Part shown: positions 14,690 to 30,789 of the stretch, piece by piece | How positions within the stretch are numbered: the stretch's first letter is position 1 | Layout of the letters: every line of letters starts with the position of its first letter | Source: Schmidtea polychroa | Lineage: Eukaryota | Assembly: GCA_044892525.1 (NCBI GenBank) | Contig: CM097885.1 | Location: forward strand, 47,555,727-47,619,726 | Length of the DNA stretch: 64,000 bases | Direction of reading: 5' to 3' | Made by a program: the position numbers and the translations under genes | Notes under the pieces: generated by a model | Databases searched by the model: none | Seen by the model: only the letters and a program-made list of their open reading frames with translations | Told to the model about the DNA's origin: nothing

Positions 14690-15285
14690 CATTTTTTAAT
14701 TAATTTTTTCAAATTTTCCGACATTTTATTGTACAATTGAAGGTGATTTAATACGGCAATCGTAAATTTATCCAATCACGTATGGTCTGGTAAAATGCGG
14801 CATCCCATGACATTTCATACAGCCAATCATCTTTGGAAATTGTTTTAACTCACAAAAATTTCCACAAAATCTCCACAAAAGTATATCGAAATTCGGAATC
14901 AACATCACAATAAATCTTTCATTGAACAAAATAGCCAAATGTTTTAGTTTCACTGATAATTTTTTGGAATTTTAAACAGGAAGAATTTTTATCGTTTTTA
15001 ATCACTATTGTCATTGAAATGAGGGCCCCACTTAATGCTTAATTTGTTTGCGTGTTAAAGATTAAATTTAATCTGAAAAAATTGAATTATTTTTAATAAA
15101 ATATTATTTTCATTGTTTTATATATTTTTCTGGATTTTAGTATTGGAATGACTTATTATTGACTTATTAAATTTTACAAATATTTATAAAAAATACAAAA
15201 AATAAAAATATAATTAAAATTTAATAATGAAAATGAATATTTTCAAGGAAACTTATTTGGAGATTAATTTTTGTGTAAAATTAAA
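14690..15285 (-). repeat. Partial third copy of the 5515-6566 repeat
   Basis: Matches 8790-9410 in the same orientation with scattered differences. Confidence 0.8.
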
Positions 15286-15606
15286 ATTTCAGATTCGTTA
15301 CTTTTAATATTTAAGTATAAAGTAAATTTTAAAACAATTAAATGATAATTTAAGCCTTTTCCTGCGAATAATATATTTAATACAAATGAAAAATGTTTTT
15401 CGACTTTAAGATAGCCCTTTTCAATTTCATGAAATTTCTAAGGTTAGATGAAGTTTGGGAATTTAATTAATAATTTACGGTATAGGTAAATTGACTTAGA
15501 TTAGGTTAAGTTAAAATAAGTCAATTATCAAATAAATTTATTAATTGGTAATAAAAGAAAATTATGGTTACTTAAATTACATTAAATTGGTCATATTAAT
15601 ATTCTA

Positions 15607-15823
15607 CCCTTTCGCCGCTACGTTTTTAAATATACGTTTTCCAAAAATACAAAAAGTGTACTACTTCCGTACAAATATGTTTTGGATTTGAAATCTGCTA
15701 CTGTCGTGTACTACTGTCAGGAAACTAGTTGGATGTGCTACTTCTAAATATGTACGTTTTACAGTTCTCCTAAAGACTCACACAGTTAGCGCTCACTCTT
15801 ACGTTAACTTGGCAGCGAAAGGG
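15607..15823. mobile_element. piggyBac-like MITE
   Basis: Termini CCCTTTCGCCGC / GCAGCGAAAGGG; TTAA on the right flank, degenerate TCTA on the left. Confidence 0.65.
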
Positions 15824-16734
15824 TTAACTAATTGGCTCTGTATCAAACAACCGATAATACTTTTGAGTCCTCAAGACTTGTTATCAAAATTGCACAATGA
15901 ATACAATCTTGATCATTTAATTTGACAGCAAATTTACCATCATCATTTTCAATAAAGTAAATCTAACAAGAAAATCTTAAGTCTAAGCAAAGAAAAATTT
16001 ACGAAAGTTTTAGATAAATTCTTGGAAAATGTTGTTAAAAGATTAACACTTGAGTAAAAGTTGTGCATATTCCATAGGTACATGACAAAATGTCTTGCAA
16101 CGAGGTAAAGAATATTTTAATAATAAAAGAATCACTAATATATTAAAGTCAACAAATCCATAAAATTAAATAAATCAACAGAAATTCTAAAACTCCACAA
16201 ATTGTTGATGCGCATCGTCACCATGGCAAATATTCAACAATGAGAGGCAAATAATTGCAATCTCTGAAACAGAAAATTTTCGAATAAATGTGAATTTATT
16301 TTTTTACCATTTATGCTATTTCTACTATTTATATTCAATATAAATAACTAACTAAAGTATAACGAAAATTCAACTTATGATCTCTCCATCGAATAATATT
16401 TTATTTATATTTTAATTAATAATATAAATAACCATTTCTTCAACATTCTAGAATTCATTTATTCTTAAGGATGTTTTGTATTATGTTAAAGAGAAAAAAT
16501 TTGTAAATTTTACAAAATCTTTATCAAAGTTAAAAAAACTTTAAACCGGGTTGACATAATGAACAACAGTTTTATAAATCCCGCAAAAATATCACAAAAT
16601 TCACAATAAAAACATTTAAATAAAAAGCAATAAAAAAATGGAATAGAACCAAAAAATAAAGATAGATTTTTAAATTAAAAATAAATAAAAATAAATAATC
16701 GGTTATTTTATTAAATGAATTATTTAATAAATAT

Positions 16735-16988
<254 letters not shown>

Positions 16989-17521
16989 GTAAATATAAAT
17001 GGAAGATGTGGATTAACGTTCCCTTATATAAAAATGTAAATATTCGTAATGATTGTTATGCAAATATTTACAATTAAACGTAATTACGATCAAATGTTAC
17101 GCAATCTAACGCGTGAGTCAATAAACATAGCATCCAAAATACCTAAATAATAAATCTGATCAATTCAAAAAAGACATTTTTAATTATAAATACAAAGATT
17201 TTCAATTACACTATATAATAAAAAATTAAACTTTTTAGAAAATTAAATTAAATTAAAATTAATTAAAATTTAAATTAAAATTAAATTTTTCTTTATTATT
17301 ATTAAAATTTCCAATTTAAATCATAATTATATATACTAATAAAATTATTATTTTAAAAAATAAATTAATAAATTTTAAACAAAATACACTCAAAATTTAT
17401 TTATTTGTTTAAATCTAATCAATTTATATAATTCCTAATAAAATTCGATTTTGAAGTTAGTTTCGGCTATTTATCGAATTTTATTTGACACTTTTTTATA
17501 GAAATTTCGCAAATTCTAAAA

Positions 17522-19371
<1,850 letters not shown>

Positions 19372-21608
19372 TACGGAATTTCTCCGATTTTCATCTGAAA
19401 ATAAAATATATATTTTTGCTCGAATGGAAAATCTCAAATTGGAAAATATTTTGTTTCCTTTTATTGTTTATTTGTTTAAAGTTAACTTTGCTTGTCACAA
19501 TATTCTAGCTTATATTTCTGTAAATTCTCAATGAAATAATTTTATAAAGAAATAAATTTGAGCCTTTTTATCCATTAGATAAAGTAATAGAATGGGAGAA
19601 TTCAAAATTACAAAGTAAATTTTTTATTATTTCTCCTTTATATTTGACAGAAGTAAAAAAAATATTTGTTTAAATTTTTTTATATTTTTGTGAATTTTGT
19701 TTATGATTGAAGTAATTTATTAGGTAATTGGATATTGATGTAAATATTAGTATTAGTAATATAAATAATATAAATAACACAAACGTATATAGTTACTCTA
19801 ACACTAATTTTTGAATTGTGTAAAAGTAAATAATTTTGTTTATACTAATATAAAAATTTTCTTTGAATTTTGACTCTGAGAAATAGACTAAATATTTTTA
19901 TTTTATTCAAAAAATGAATTTATTTTGTGGAATACTTTTTATGATGAATTTTGTTTTTTTCAATAAATAATTAAACATACATGGCAATGATTTATTCATA
20001 AGAAAGCGCCAATCAAACATTTGTTTCAGGATATATTTCGACAGCTTTCCTGTCATCATCATAACTATAATAACTATAGAATTTAAGGATTTTTTAATAA
20101 ATTTATTAATTGTATTAATTATTGATTATATAAAAATTTTTTAATAAAAACATATCAGAAAAATTTTAATAAAAACATTATTTTTTAAATTTTAAAATAT
20201 TGAAATTTAATTTAGTAATTTAATAATTATTTAATTTTTTAATAAAATTTTATAATTAGACGTACCTATTTTACTCTTACAAGCCTTATTGTGCTCACTA
20301 ATATTGCCTTATATGTTGTTTTAATTAATTCAACAAATTTTGTATATGATTTGTCTATTTTATATAAATCCAATGAGTGACCTCAAAATTTTCAAGTTGT
20401 TGACGATGAGAAACTTGTTAAGTAATTTTTCTGCTTAGAAATTTATTTGTTTAATATTATGGAAATCGCAGTTTACAATAATATAAATCAAATAAGTCAA
20501 ATGTAAAAAAAAACAAAATATAACATATTTGGTCACCTTTGATCTGCTTTCTTATTTTGATATTTCATTTATTTTCATTGTGACAAAAGATCAAAAATTA
20601 GCTTTCTATGCCTCAAAGAAAATTATGGAAAATAAATTATATTCAAAATATAAATATTGTAAATATGATGTTTGAAAATTTTAATTTATAAATGTTTAAA
20701 TTAACGTGGAATTGAAATAAACATTTTGATATAATATCCGTGGCACGGGAGATATAAAGAAAATTATTTCAATAATTCACAGAATTTTATACATGAATTG
20801 AACAGAGTCGGTACGAAGGTTATGTGAAAACAGCTCATGCTCAGGGTGTAGAAAATTAATATTTTTTTAATAAATTTTTCTTAAATTTCGGAATGTTGAT
20901 TATTCATTATATATTTTTTAATAATATATTATAATCTTTAATAAGGAAAATTAATTTGTAATAACTTTAGTTGTAGCTCGCTATCTTTGTTGTTTTTTTC
21001 AATACAAATTTTGTTACAAACTCAGACATTTATTATTTCACTCTAAAAACCGACTGGTTTCGTAATATATACAATTTTCAATTTATTTTTCTGTATTTTT
21101 TGTTCCTTTCCTCAGGCGCAAGTTTGAATTGTTCCGCCTCTGGAAATTAAATAATAAATAACATTTTATAATCATTATTTTACTACAACATGGAATTTTT
21201 TATATAATTTATTTATAATAAATTTATTAAATATTTTCATTTTTTGATAATTTTTTCTTTATAGATTTTTACAGATGTTGTGCAGGGATTTTTCTGATAA
21301 AGCGATCTGTTTATTGTTGTTATTAAAATTAATGTTTACAATAAGTGTCCTTAAGTTGTTATCTTGTATGTACATTATACGAACATTTATTAATATTCTT
21401 TGAGTCTTTTGCCTCATTATTCAATGTTAAATAAGTCAATCTAAGTCATGTTGTTTCCAATAGAACCCACAAATGTCATATTTGAACTGTTACGCAATTT
21501 ATTTTATATTTGCACTTTGGTTATAATTTTCCATTATTGTCAATTTTTCTTATTCTTCTTTGTCTTCTTATTCTTCGTCTTTTTCTTCGTCTTTTTCTTC
21601 GTCCTCTA

Positions 21609-21680
<72 letters not shown>

Positions 21681-22264
21681 TAAACTAATGTAGACGCTCA
21701 TCGCCAACTACAATAAATATATTATAGCTATAGTTTCTTAAAATTTTTTTAAACATTTGCATTATATTTTCATCATTTTCATTATTTTCAGGAACATAAT
21801 ATTTTCATAATAATTTCATCATTTTTACAAATAAGTTTTTAAGAAAATATTATGCAAATGTTTAAAAAGTGTTTAAGAAATTTAAAAATTTTTAAGTTTA
21901 AAAAAAAATAAATATATAAAAATAAATAAACACTAACATTGTGATTGCATGTCGAATCAGATTCGTCCTCAGAGAGGACCTCACGAGTTGGGACATTATT
22001 CTCCTTAATAGAAGTGAGGGCATTATCCATTTCGATATTTGGGGTATTATCCAGTTCCTACTCAATAGCAGTCATTTCATTATTAATTGATGCATACATT
22101 TCTGCTTCCATTTCAGCGTCTAAGTCCACATTTTATTCTAAAATGTTTTTTAAAAATAATCTGCTAAAATAAAATAAATTTACTTTTTTTATTTGTAACA
22201 TTATTTTGCCCAACAAATAAGGCATCATTACTAGAAACTGGGGCATTATTCTGCACAATAAATA

Positions 22265-22703
22265 CTGTTGCATGTCTAGGGTTCTTGAAAATAACTAAAT
22301 ATTGAACATTTAAATTACGTGTTCGATGTGCACCACCTTGATGAAATAGATTTTGTGTTATGAAAATAACTGTTACACCGACATATCTGCTGATTTTTGT
22401 GAATAAATTATTAAAAACCTTTTCTTTATTAGCTTCTTGTTACAAATCATCGATTATAATGACATTACCATTCTTAAATCGGCTGGACCAGTTTTTATTG
22501 AATCCCTTTACAATTTTCATGTTTTTTAATTTACAGAAACTTGATTGAGTCAATCCATGTTCTTTATCAGCACCCCTATGCCAATAAATCCTGTTGAATT
22601 TTGTTTTGAATAAATTTGATTTTAGTAATTTGCAAACAAATAATGTTTTTCCACTACAACTCTGACCAACGATTTGGTATACTGCATCATTTCTTAATTC
22701 CAT
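22265..22703 (-). pseudogene. Polinton-type A32/FtsK-HerA packaging ATPase pseudogene
   Basis: Walker A GQSCSGKT and Walker B IIIDDL, then a TAA at 22440-22442, continuing in frame with LFTKISR..VIFITQNLFHQG..RTRNLNVQYLVIFKNPR. Confidence 0.85.
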
Positions 22704-22805
22704 TTCAAATTTTATAAATATATGTGTATTTGTTTATATTCGATGATTTAATGAACTCGTGCTCAATTTGTATATAAAGACTAATTTTTCATAAATCATT
22801 TAATA

Positions 22806-23242
22806 ATGTTAGCAAATATAAATTATCGAGGAAATTTTGATGTATCGAATATGAGGTTCCCTCAGGAAAACCACAGCAAATTGTTGATAGAAGCGGGAAA
22901 TACTCGAAAATATTTTTCAAGACAGGTAAATGTAGAATCATGGGATGTAAGAAACCCTTGGATATTAATAAATTACAATATCGAATAAATAATATTAAAA
23001 TCCAATCAATTACCGTTACTATGGATATGGGACATAGTATCGATCCATATAACATGTCGAAAAAATGTGATTGTATGTTTGAACCGGAATTGTTTCCAGC
23101 ACTAAGACTATTAAAATATAACCCTATATGTGTCAACGTGTTTGCTAGTGGGAAGGTTGTCATGCTGGGGTTGAGAAATTTGGAGAATAGGGAATTTGTT
23201 GACAATGTTCGAAATGAGATAATTTCATTGGTCAATTTCTAA
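22806..23242 (+). pseudogene. Intronless TATA-binding-protein-like gene with one frameshift (~22841-22865)
   Basis: Repeat 1: LANIN..IFFKTGKCRIMGCK. Repeat 2: IKIQSITVTMD..FEPELFPAL..VNVFASGKVVMLG (TBP has KIQN..YEPELFPGL..IFVSGKVVLTG). Confidence 0.75.
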
Positions 23243-24349
23243 TTGTTTAATTTCTAATTGGTTAATGTTTGTTTTAAACAAACTGTTTTCTGTTTAGAAA
23301 TCATTTTTACAAAATGTACAACATTCAAAGTATATATATATATATATATTGTTTACAGATGAATATCAAGCAATAGTTCTAGAGAGATTTTGCTTTAATT
23401 ACCCGAAATTACGTGAAATCCTTAAGGATAGAGATCCAGCAATCATTCCGGATTTGATATATAACCAAATATATCAAATCCGGAATGATTTGACATAATC
23501 AACACCTTTCTATGTGATGTCAAGATGGGAAGGGTAATGAAAGAACTGAAACCAGAGGATCCTTGTGTTTTCGGATGCAGCTGCTGCAATTCCCGTTATC
23601 AACGATACGTTGAATGGTCTTTGGTAAAGACTCTGAAAAATTACCATTCGAGTCATATTGTTTCAAACCAAATTGCATTGGGCTTTAAAATGAGCCATCG
23701 TTCAATAAATTTGTTTGGCGGGAACTTTGTAAATTTAAATTTTAAAAATATTACCTTGAAAAAAATTTTGACCTTGAAAAAAAATTTTTTTTTAAATAAT
23801 AAAATTGTCAAATGACCTTGAAAATGGTCTTGAGAAAATTTAATATCTTTACCAATAGTAATGGTAATAAAGGTTTCAATAGCTCATTCGAAAGGTCTTG
23901 CACCAAGCTTCAAAATGAGCTATCGATCCATGAAATAAAGTAATGGGAACAATAACTGTTTGCATGCCAAATAGTAGGGCACCGCTAGACCACTTAATAA
24001 TATTTTTGAAAAATAATAATATGACCTTGATGAGTCATCGCGATGAGTCATATGAACTTGAGAATGACCTTGATGAGTTTTTTCTTGATGAGATATGTCT
24101 TGATGAGATATGTCTTGATGAGATATGTCTTGATGAGATATGTCTTTGTTTTTAAAAATAATAATATTTTAAAAATAGTAATATGACCTTGATGAGTCAT
24201 CGGATGATTCATAGTCTTTGTTTCAATGACCTTATGAGTCATATGTCTTTGTTTAAAATTTGACCTTGAAAAGAAATTAAAAATTTTCTTTACCCCGAGG
24301 GGGGGTCTAGCGGTCCCCTGGTCTAGCGATGCCCAATCCATCTATTGAT

Positions 24350-24990
24350 GTACTATTCGAGGGGGTCATTTATAAAATTTGAGAATAATAATTTTAGATT
24401 CAAATATAAGGTAAGTAAATATATAAATGATTAATGAAATATATATTAGTGAAATATATACAAAATACATACAATTTGAGGGGGGTCGTTGACTAAATAT
24501 AGGAACTAAATTTATCAATCAAATTTACATTAAACATCTATATAATTGGTCTATATAAGGAATTTGTTGATAGATATATAATCTGAGGGGGATCATTTAA
24601 GAAATTTAAGAATTAAAATTTTAATATCTGAGATAGGTAAATATACAAGTAGTATAGATTAGTGTAATTATTAGTAGGTATATAGTTGGAGGGGTCCTTT
24701 ATAAAATTTAAAAACAGTACAATGATTAATGGGTACGTAGTTTGAGGGGGTCCTTCCTTTAAAATCGAAATTTAACATTAATATAAAATAACCAAATATA
24801 TAAATAGTACACATTAGTTTAATTATTAATAGATATATAGTTTGAGGGGGTTTTCTATAAAATTTTAAAAAACTCAAAATTTTGTATCAAATATAAAATA
24901 AGCAAATATATAGTATACATTAGGTTAATTATTAATAGATCTATGATTTAAGGGGGTTCATTTATGAAAAACTTTTAATTGTAATTTTAA
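24350..24990. repeat. Degenerate array of GAGGGGG(G)TC-cored repeats (~60-120 bp spacing)
   Basis: Motif recurs near 24358, 24478, 24584, 24688, 24744, 24844 and 24950. Confidence 0.6.
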
Positions 24991-26383
24991 GGTGATCTCA
25001 TTTAAGTATATACATACAAAATAGACTAAATTACTGCTTTTAGGTAGTGATTACTGGTTACATGATTTAAAGAGGTTATTGATGGAAATTTTTTGAATTG
25101 ATTTTATTATGTAGATTATTCGTGCAACAAAAGTCGATTATTGAAAATTGCTTGCTTTCGTGGCTGCACTGTGCTCACTACGACAATCCCTAGTGTTTAT
25201 GTAAGGCGATAATATACTATCGACATATAAATATTATGATAACGAGTTCGAAAACTCAGTCAATCCGGAGGGAGTTTATCGACTTAACTCCATGGCAGTT
25301 ACCATGAAGTGGTGCAACCTCCGATGACAAACAAAAAAATATAGTATCGATAGATGAATGCCAGGCAGTGGTCAAAATCGACGATCAACTATGGATCATA
25401 TTGATTGTGATCACTCTTGCATTAAAACCCCAAAAAATTAAAAATCCAATTTTTAAAATGTAATTAAAGATCATATAACATCATAACGAAAATCAATAGA
25501 ATAAACTCTTACTATTATCAGATTCAGTACTATTAGACAACAAAACATTTTTTGGCATAAAGATTATTATTGTGACGAGAATGTGGCAGTATATATATAT
25601 ATACCTATTTTTGTGTATGCAAATACATGTGTATGCATTGATGCAGTAAAACAAACTCGAATTCTCTTTAATTCTAGAACATTCGATTTTGATTTTTGAT
25701 GATTTTAATGACAATTTTTGTGCCATAATTTCTGTTTTTATTTTTTAAATTTTATTTTTGAATTATTTTTCGTTAAATTTGCCTACATGATGTATTTGAC
25801 ATTTCCAAAACATTCCATATTAAATTAAAGTTAAATTTTATTTTAGGATCGTTTTTTATGAATTCTTTTTATGGATTTTTATTTTTTAGTTTAAATTATT
25901 TATTTTTGTTAACTTTTATTGTTAATATTCCATTATGGATTTCCCATTTTTCCAATTGTTCTGGATTTTTGTCTAGAATTTAGGTTTTCTGCAGTTTTTC
26001 GACTTTATTCGAGTTTGTTTTTGTATTTTTATGTTTCTCTGTTAGGTTTGAGTCAATTTTCCTGTGATTCTTCTTGCATTTGTTTGATTTCATTTTTTAA
26101 TTTAAATGTTTTTATTTCTGTTTTTTCTTCTCTTAATTATTATTGTTTATTTGATGTTACGTATTTTCTATTTAAATAAACTTAATGCTAGGTTGCATAT
26201 TATGTACCACCACATTTCATCATATTTTCAAGATTTGAGTCTAGAATTCAGTTCTAGCCCTACACTTTTGATGGAAAAACGTTCGACTATAAGATAGTCC
26301 TTGTCAATTAATCTATCTGATAGTCGAATCTTTTTTCATTAAATACATTATTCGCAGCAAAAGGCTTAAATTATCACTTTATT

Positions 26384-26490
<107 letters not shown>

Positions 26491-27209
26491 GTTTCGACCA
26501 GTCAGAAGGGAAATGGCATTTTGTTTGGTGTTTTTGTATCGCGTCTGTGTGCGCGGTATGGTTAAACCGAGTATTGTTAGTGTGCGCACACGGACGCGAA
26601 AAGTAGGTTTTTATTTGGAAATTATAATATTATATTGGAATTGTAGATTTAAATTGATTTAATTTTTGTCTGGAGGAGAAGTTTTGTTTAAAAGATTATT
26701 TTTATGTGAATATTTGAATTTTCGGCTTTAGTTAAATATGGAAAATGAATATGTTATTGAATCATCTGGTGAATATTATGACCCTTCTGTTTTTGACCAA
26801 GTATCAACAGAATAACTGCTGCAAAAGATAGTGCTATATGTGATGCTGGAGCTTCGTTTAAAGTTACAAGTCAAACCATAGATCTTTGGATAATTTTTGT
26901 TAATCGTTTCATGTCAAAGAATAATAAAGCAGAATATGGAACTGCCGAAAAGAAGGAATATGATATTCTATTTAATCGAGCTCTTAAAAAGATCAACACA
27001 ATTCAAATGTTTACTAGCCAAAGTGTTGAACAACTATCCAATGTTTCAAATTCAATCATGGCTCAACCTCAAGTTATTGGACACGTTAAATGGTTTAACA
27101 AAGAATGGTTGAACCAATATTACGATGACTTCACAGATGAAATAATAACAGTTGTGCGTAACGTTTTGTGTAATAGAGAAACTCTTCTGATTTGTCTTAG
27201 ACGAAAACA

Positions 27210-27251
<42 letters not shown>

Positions 27252-28829
27252 GCTACATCTATAATAATCCAAATTTTAAAATACCAAAGCTTTGTGTTAT
27301 ATTCTGGAAAATATGTAACATTATCATGGACTACCAAAAGTTCTTTCTTCGTGACACAATCTCTTTTCATGTGCGTAATTTTATTTTGTAATTTAGGTAT
27401 CCCATTGAACCTCTGAATTTCTATAGCATTTCTGGTATGTCATGGTCATCAGCACTCATGACACTACAGGAGCCTATCGAACTTTTGCAGGACATGGAAG
27501 AAGTGTGTATTAAAATTAGATTAATTATTTTCGACGCATTATGTAAAGAATAATTATGTAGTGAATTGGTGATTATTCAAAATATACCTATCATTAAGTG
27601 TACAAGTTGTGAATATTCATCAAACTTTCAAATTTAATCAAGGCTCTATTTCAAAGGTTATATCGATATTAATAAATTCAGATCTCAACCAATAAAAACT
27701 ATTGCAAGCTGTTAATAATAGTCTGTATGACAAAACTGTAAGAATTTTAAGGAAGGAATAAATTTAAGATTGTGCAATAACCAGCAGAAAATGATTACAA
27801 ATGGTTCAAAGCCAACCTTCCTAAAAAGTACCCAGATTGCAGATGATTTAATTGCAGTCATACTTGATAAAGACTCAATATGTCTAGATAGACACACATA
27901 TCAAACAATTTTAATAATATTATAATAATATTATAAATAATTAGAATAACTTGTTGGAAAACTGATCGGGTGATTGGGATAGCACTCTGAAACTTGGAGA
28001 TGAAAACAAAAAGTAAAAATTGAGAAACAAAATAAATGCAACAATAAACGGAGAAAGACTACTTATTATTAATAAGTGCAAGAAAGCAAAGAGGAATTCT
28101 AAAATTGGAAAACATAAACAAAGCATGAAAAAGAAATCGGCATCTACGAACTTTCAGAGCAAACGTAGGAAATAGAAAAAGTATGGGAAATGCCAGAAGC
28201 AGAAATGAAAAAAATTACAATTTATCCTGAGTGTTGATATTTCAAGGATAATACAGGAGCTGTACAAATTATGAGGAGGCAGGAAGGAAAAAATGAATTA
28301 TCAAAAGTGTCGGATAACTATATAAGCAAAAGTCTTCTTAGCGGAATAAGAATTAGTTGTCAGGGGAAAAATTAAAAGATAGTCGAGAAATAATTCGGAA
28401 TTAGAGAAATTAAAAGTGAGAAATTAGAAATTGGAACTTTGAGAAAATAATGGAACTAAATGGTGTCTTAAAACTGAGTTCAATAAAAAAGGTTCAAAGT
28501 ATACTGAATAAAGTCAAGTCAAAGCAAAAGTGAATTCAATTCAATTTACCAAATGATTGAGCCAGATCAGCGACTGGTGATTGTTTAGTAATTATGAATT
28601 ATTCGAGTACAGCTATTCCTCACGTAGTGTCGTAATAAGCTCTGTGTAATTACCTATTTGAATATTGAATCGATGGTGTTGTTATAATTTGTGTAATCAA
28701 TTGTGATAATCAAAAAAGGTTCATATTGTCTGAGAATTGTTATTTTGTGGATCAAATAAAGCACACTTTGAAGTCAGAGATTTGATTGGTAACTTTTAAA
28801 TATTACCACCAACCCAATAACCCAGCATA

Positions 28830-29300
28830 CTTATCAAAACTTCGAATGTATAAGCTTCAATGTGTGGAATTAGCTAAATATGGAAGTCCTTTCAATTGTG
28901 GTATTAACATTGTTGCAGGTGATACTGGTTCATTTTTAGAAATTAAAATTGTCAATTAATAAAAGCCTTTACCTGTAATTATAAATTATAATCTGTCGGC
29001 TACATCTAATTATTATTTAACTCACCTCTTTACAATAACAAATTAGATTCTGTCATTAGAAAATTTAAAGATGAGAGCAAAGGCATTAGTTACAGAGAGG
29101 GCATATTTCTTTGTCCAAAATGTTATAGTTTATTAGGTAATTTTAATACAACAAAAGCAAAAAGAGTAACATTGAAAGATACTGATATAAAACACCAATC
29201 TTATTTCGATTGTTACAATGGATTAGAAATACATGTTGTCACAATTCAAAATCCGGTTTTATTTAATCATCTTTATGGAGTGAAATTTTAATTAGTTACT
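28830..29300 (+). pseudogene. Polinton pPolB C-terminal fragment
   Basis: LSKLRMYKLQ, INIVAGDTGSF (degenerate DTDS), KFKDESKG..IFLCPKCYSLL..TKAKRV..HQSYFDC. Confidence 0.7.
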
Positions 29301-29442
29301 ATTATTTAGTAAGTAGTATGAGAGTACCAAACAGTTCGCCAGATAGAACACTATTATCTACGTATCATACTTTCAACCAGTCTAACAACTACTACCACTA
29401 ATAATAATAATCATAAAATTTAATTTAAATTTAAATTAAACT

Positions 29443-29913
29443 TCAATTATCCTTAATCATTGCTTTACAATAAAATTTGTCTGCCAAGACGTCATATTTT
29501 GTAATATTCAACGTAGGTTTTATTCTGCTTAAAACCGGCAGTCTGTCAGGGAAACATGTATAAGTAATGTTTACGTTGTTACTGGAATAAACATGATCCT
29601 CCATATCGCACATTGTCTCAAATGTAATGGGAATTTCCGAATTTTTTACTTCATCAACTCTAAAAGATATCAAGCATTTATCTTCATACTCAACTTTAGA
29701 TTTGGCAACTTTACTAATTGCTTTATTTGACAAAATATTCAACTGATCAATTTGTTTTACGAAATCTATTATATTATAGATTTCTAGATTATGGCCCATT
29801 ACGGAGTAATTAAAAATCTTCTTCCATAAAACCTGAAAGTTAGAAAGTAGAAAATTTAAACAAATATACTTGAAAATACTTACAAATATCCAAATGACAA
29901 ACAAAAATGACAT
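29443..29913 (-). CDS. Small secreted Cys-containing protein (139 aa; exons 29913-29884, 29832-29443), paralog of 6930-7379
   Basis: Exon 1 MSFLFVIWIF and a GTAAGT..TTTCAG 51-nt phase-0 intron. Shared motifs NS[DE]IPI..T.C and C.P.....L[NS]RIK. Confidence 0.7.
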   Translation of the reverse strand: MSFLFVIWIFVSIFKYICLNFLLSNFQVLWKKIFNYSVMGHNLEIYNIIDFVKQIDQLNILSNKAISKVAKSKVEYEDKCLISFRVDEVKNSEIPITFETMCDMEDHVYSSNNVNITYTCFPDRLPVLSRIKPTLNITKYDVLADKFYCKAMIKDN

Positions 29914-29974
29914 AATAATTAAGTGAATAATAATTACAAGGTTTACCTTATTTATAGAATTTCGCTTATTGTTT

Positions 29975-30023
<49 letters not shown>

Positions 30024-30789
30024 TGGTAAATAATCATATTTATAGTTTTGTTTACCAGTTGTATGTATTGGTTAGCTAAGATACATTTATGAAAATAAAT
30101 CAAAATTCTCAGTAATTTCGAAAAGATATATTTCGGAAAATTATGATAATTGTAAATAAGGCTGTCTCATAGGCTGATGAATTGTTATTAAATTATTAAA
30201 TTTATATATAATATTATATGTATACTAAATTTATAATATATATTAAATAATATGTAAATAATATTGATCACTCCGAATCACTCCGAATATGAAAATAGAT
30301 TTGTGAATTCTAACAAATTTTATTGGCAGTTTTGTTTAAATAACATATTATGAAAATCGTGTGATTATCTTGAAAGTTATTTATTATGAATAAAAATAAG
30401 AATTTACATAAGCTTAATACAAACAATTGCAGATCGAATGGAAATTAATATTTATTGGAAATAATGGCCATCGCAAACTATATTTATTGCATCTATTTAA
30501 AAAATTCAGAAATACTTTTACAGTTAATTCGTTTAGTTTCAAAGTAAATCTGGTTTAATAGAAGGCAACGTTTTTAATTGAGAAATTATTTTCCAATTCT
30601 TTCAGAGCTGACTTTATTACTGAAATTACTAATAACACGTATACATTTCAGGGAGGGTTCTTCATTCGTTAATGTGATGAAATCGAACCAATCGGAGAGC
30701 ATAATACACGAGGCAAACTCGCTGCCGATAAATGAGAGATTCGCTTCCCAAAAATTCAATTATTTCAATAATTTACAAATATAAGAAAT

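Larger units (their letters stand above)
21500..24343. mobile_element. Decayed Polinton/Maverick-like remnant (ATPase, TBP-like, small ORF relics, repeat-rich terminus)
   Basis: Packaging ATPase plus a terminal repeat shared with 520-904 ending ..CATCT. Left boundary uncertain. Confidence 0.6.

Noticed and set aside
23314..23700. Small spliced Cys-rich gene in the Polinton relic
   Set aside because: Requires a 29-nt (TA)n intron and still contains stops; product unidentifiable.
26700..28300. Possible non-LTR retrotransposon remnant
   Set aside because: Coding-like but no diagnostic motif recognised.
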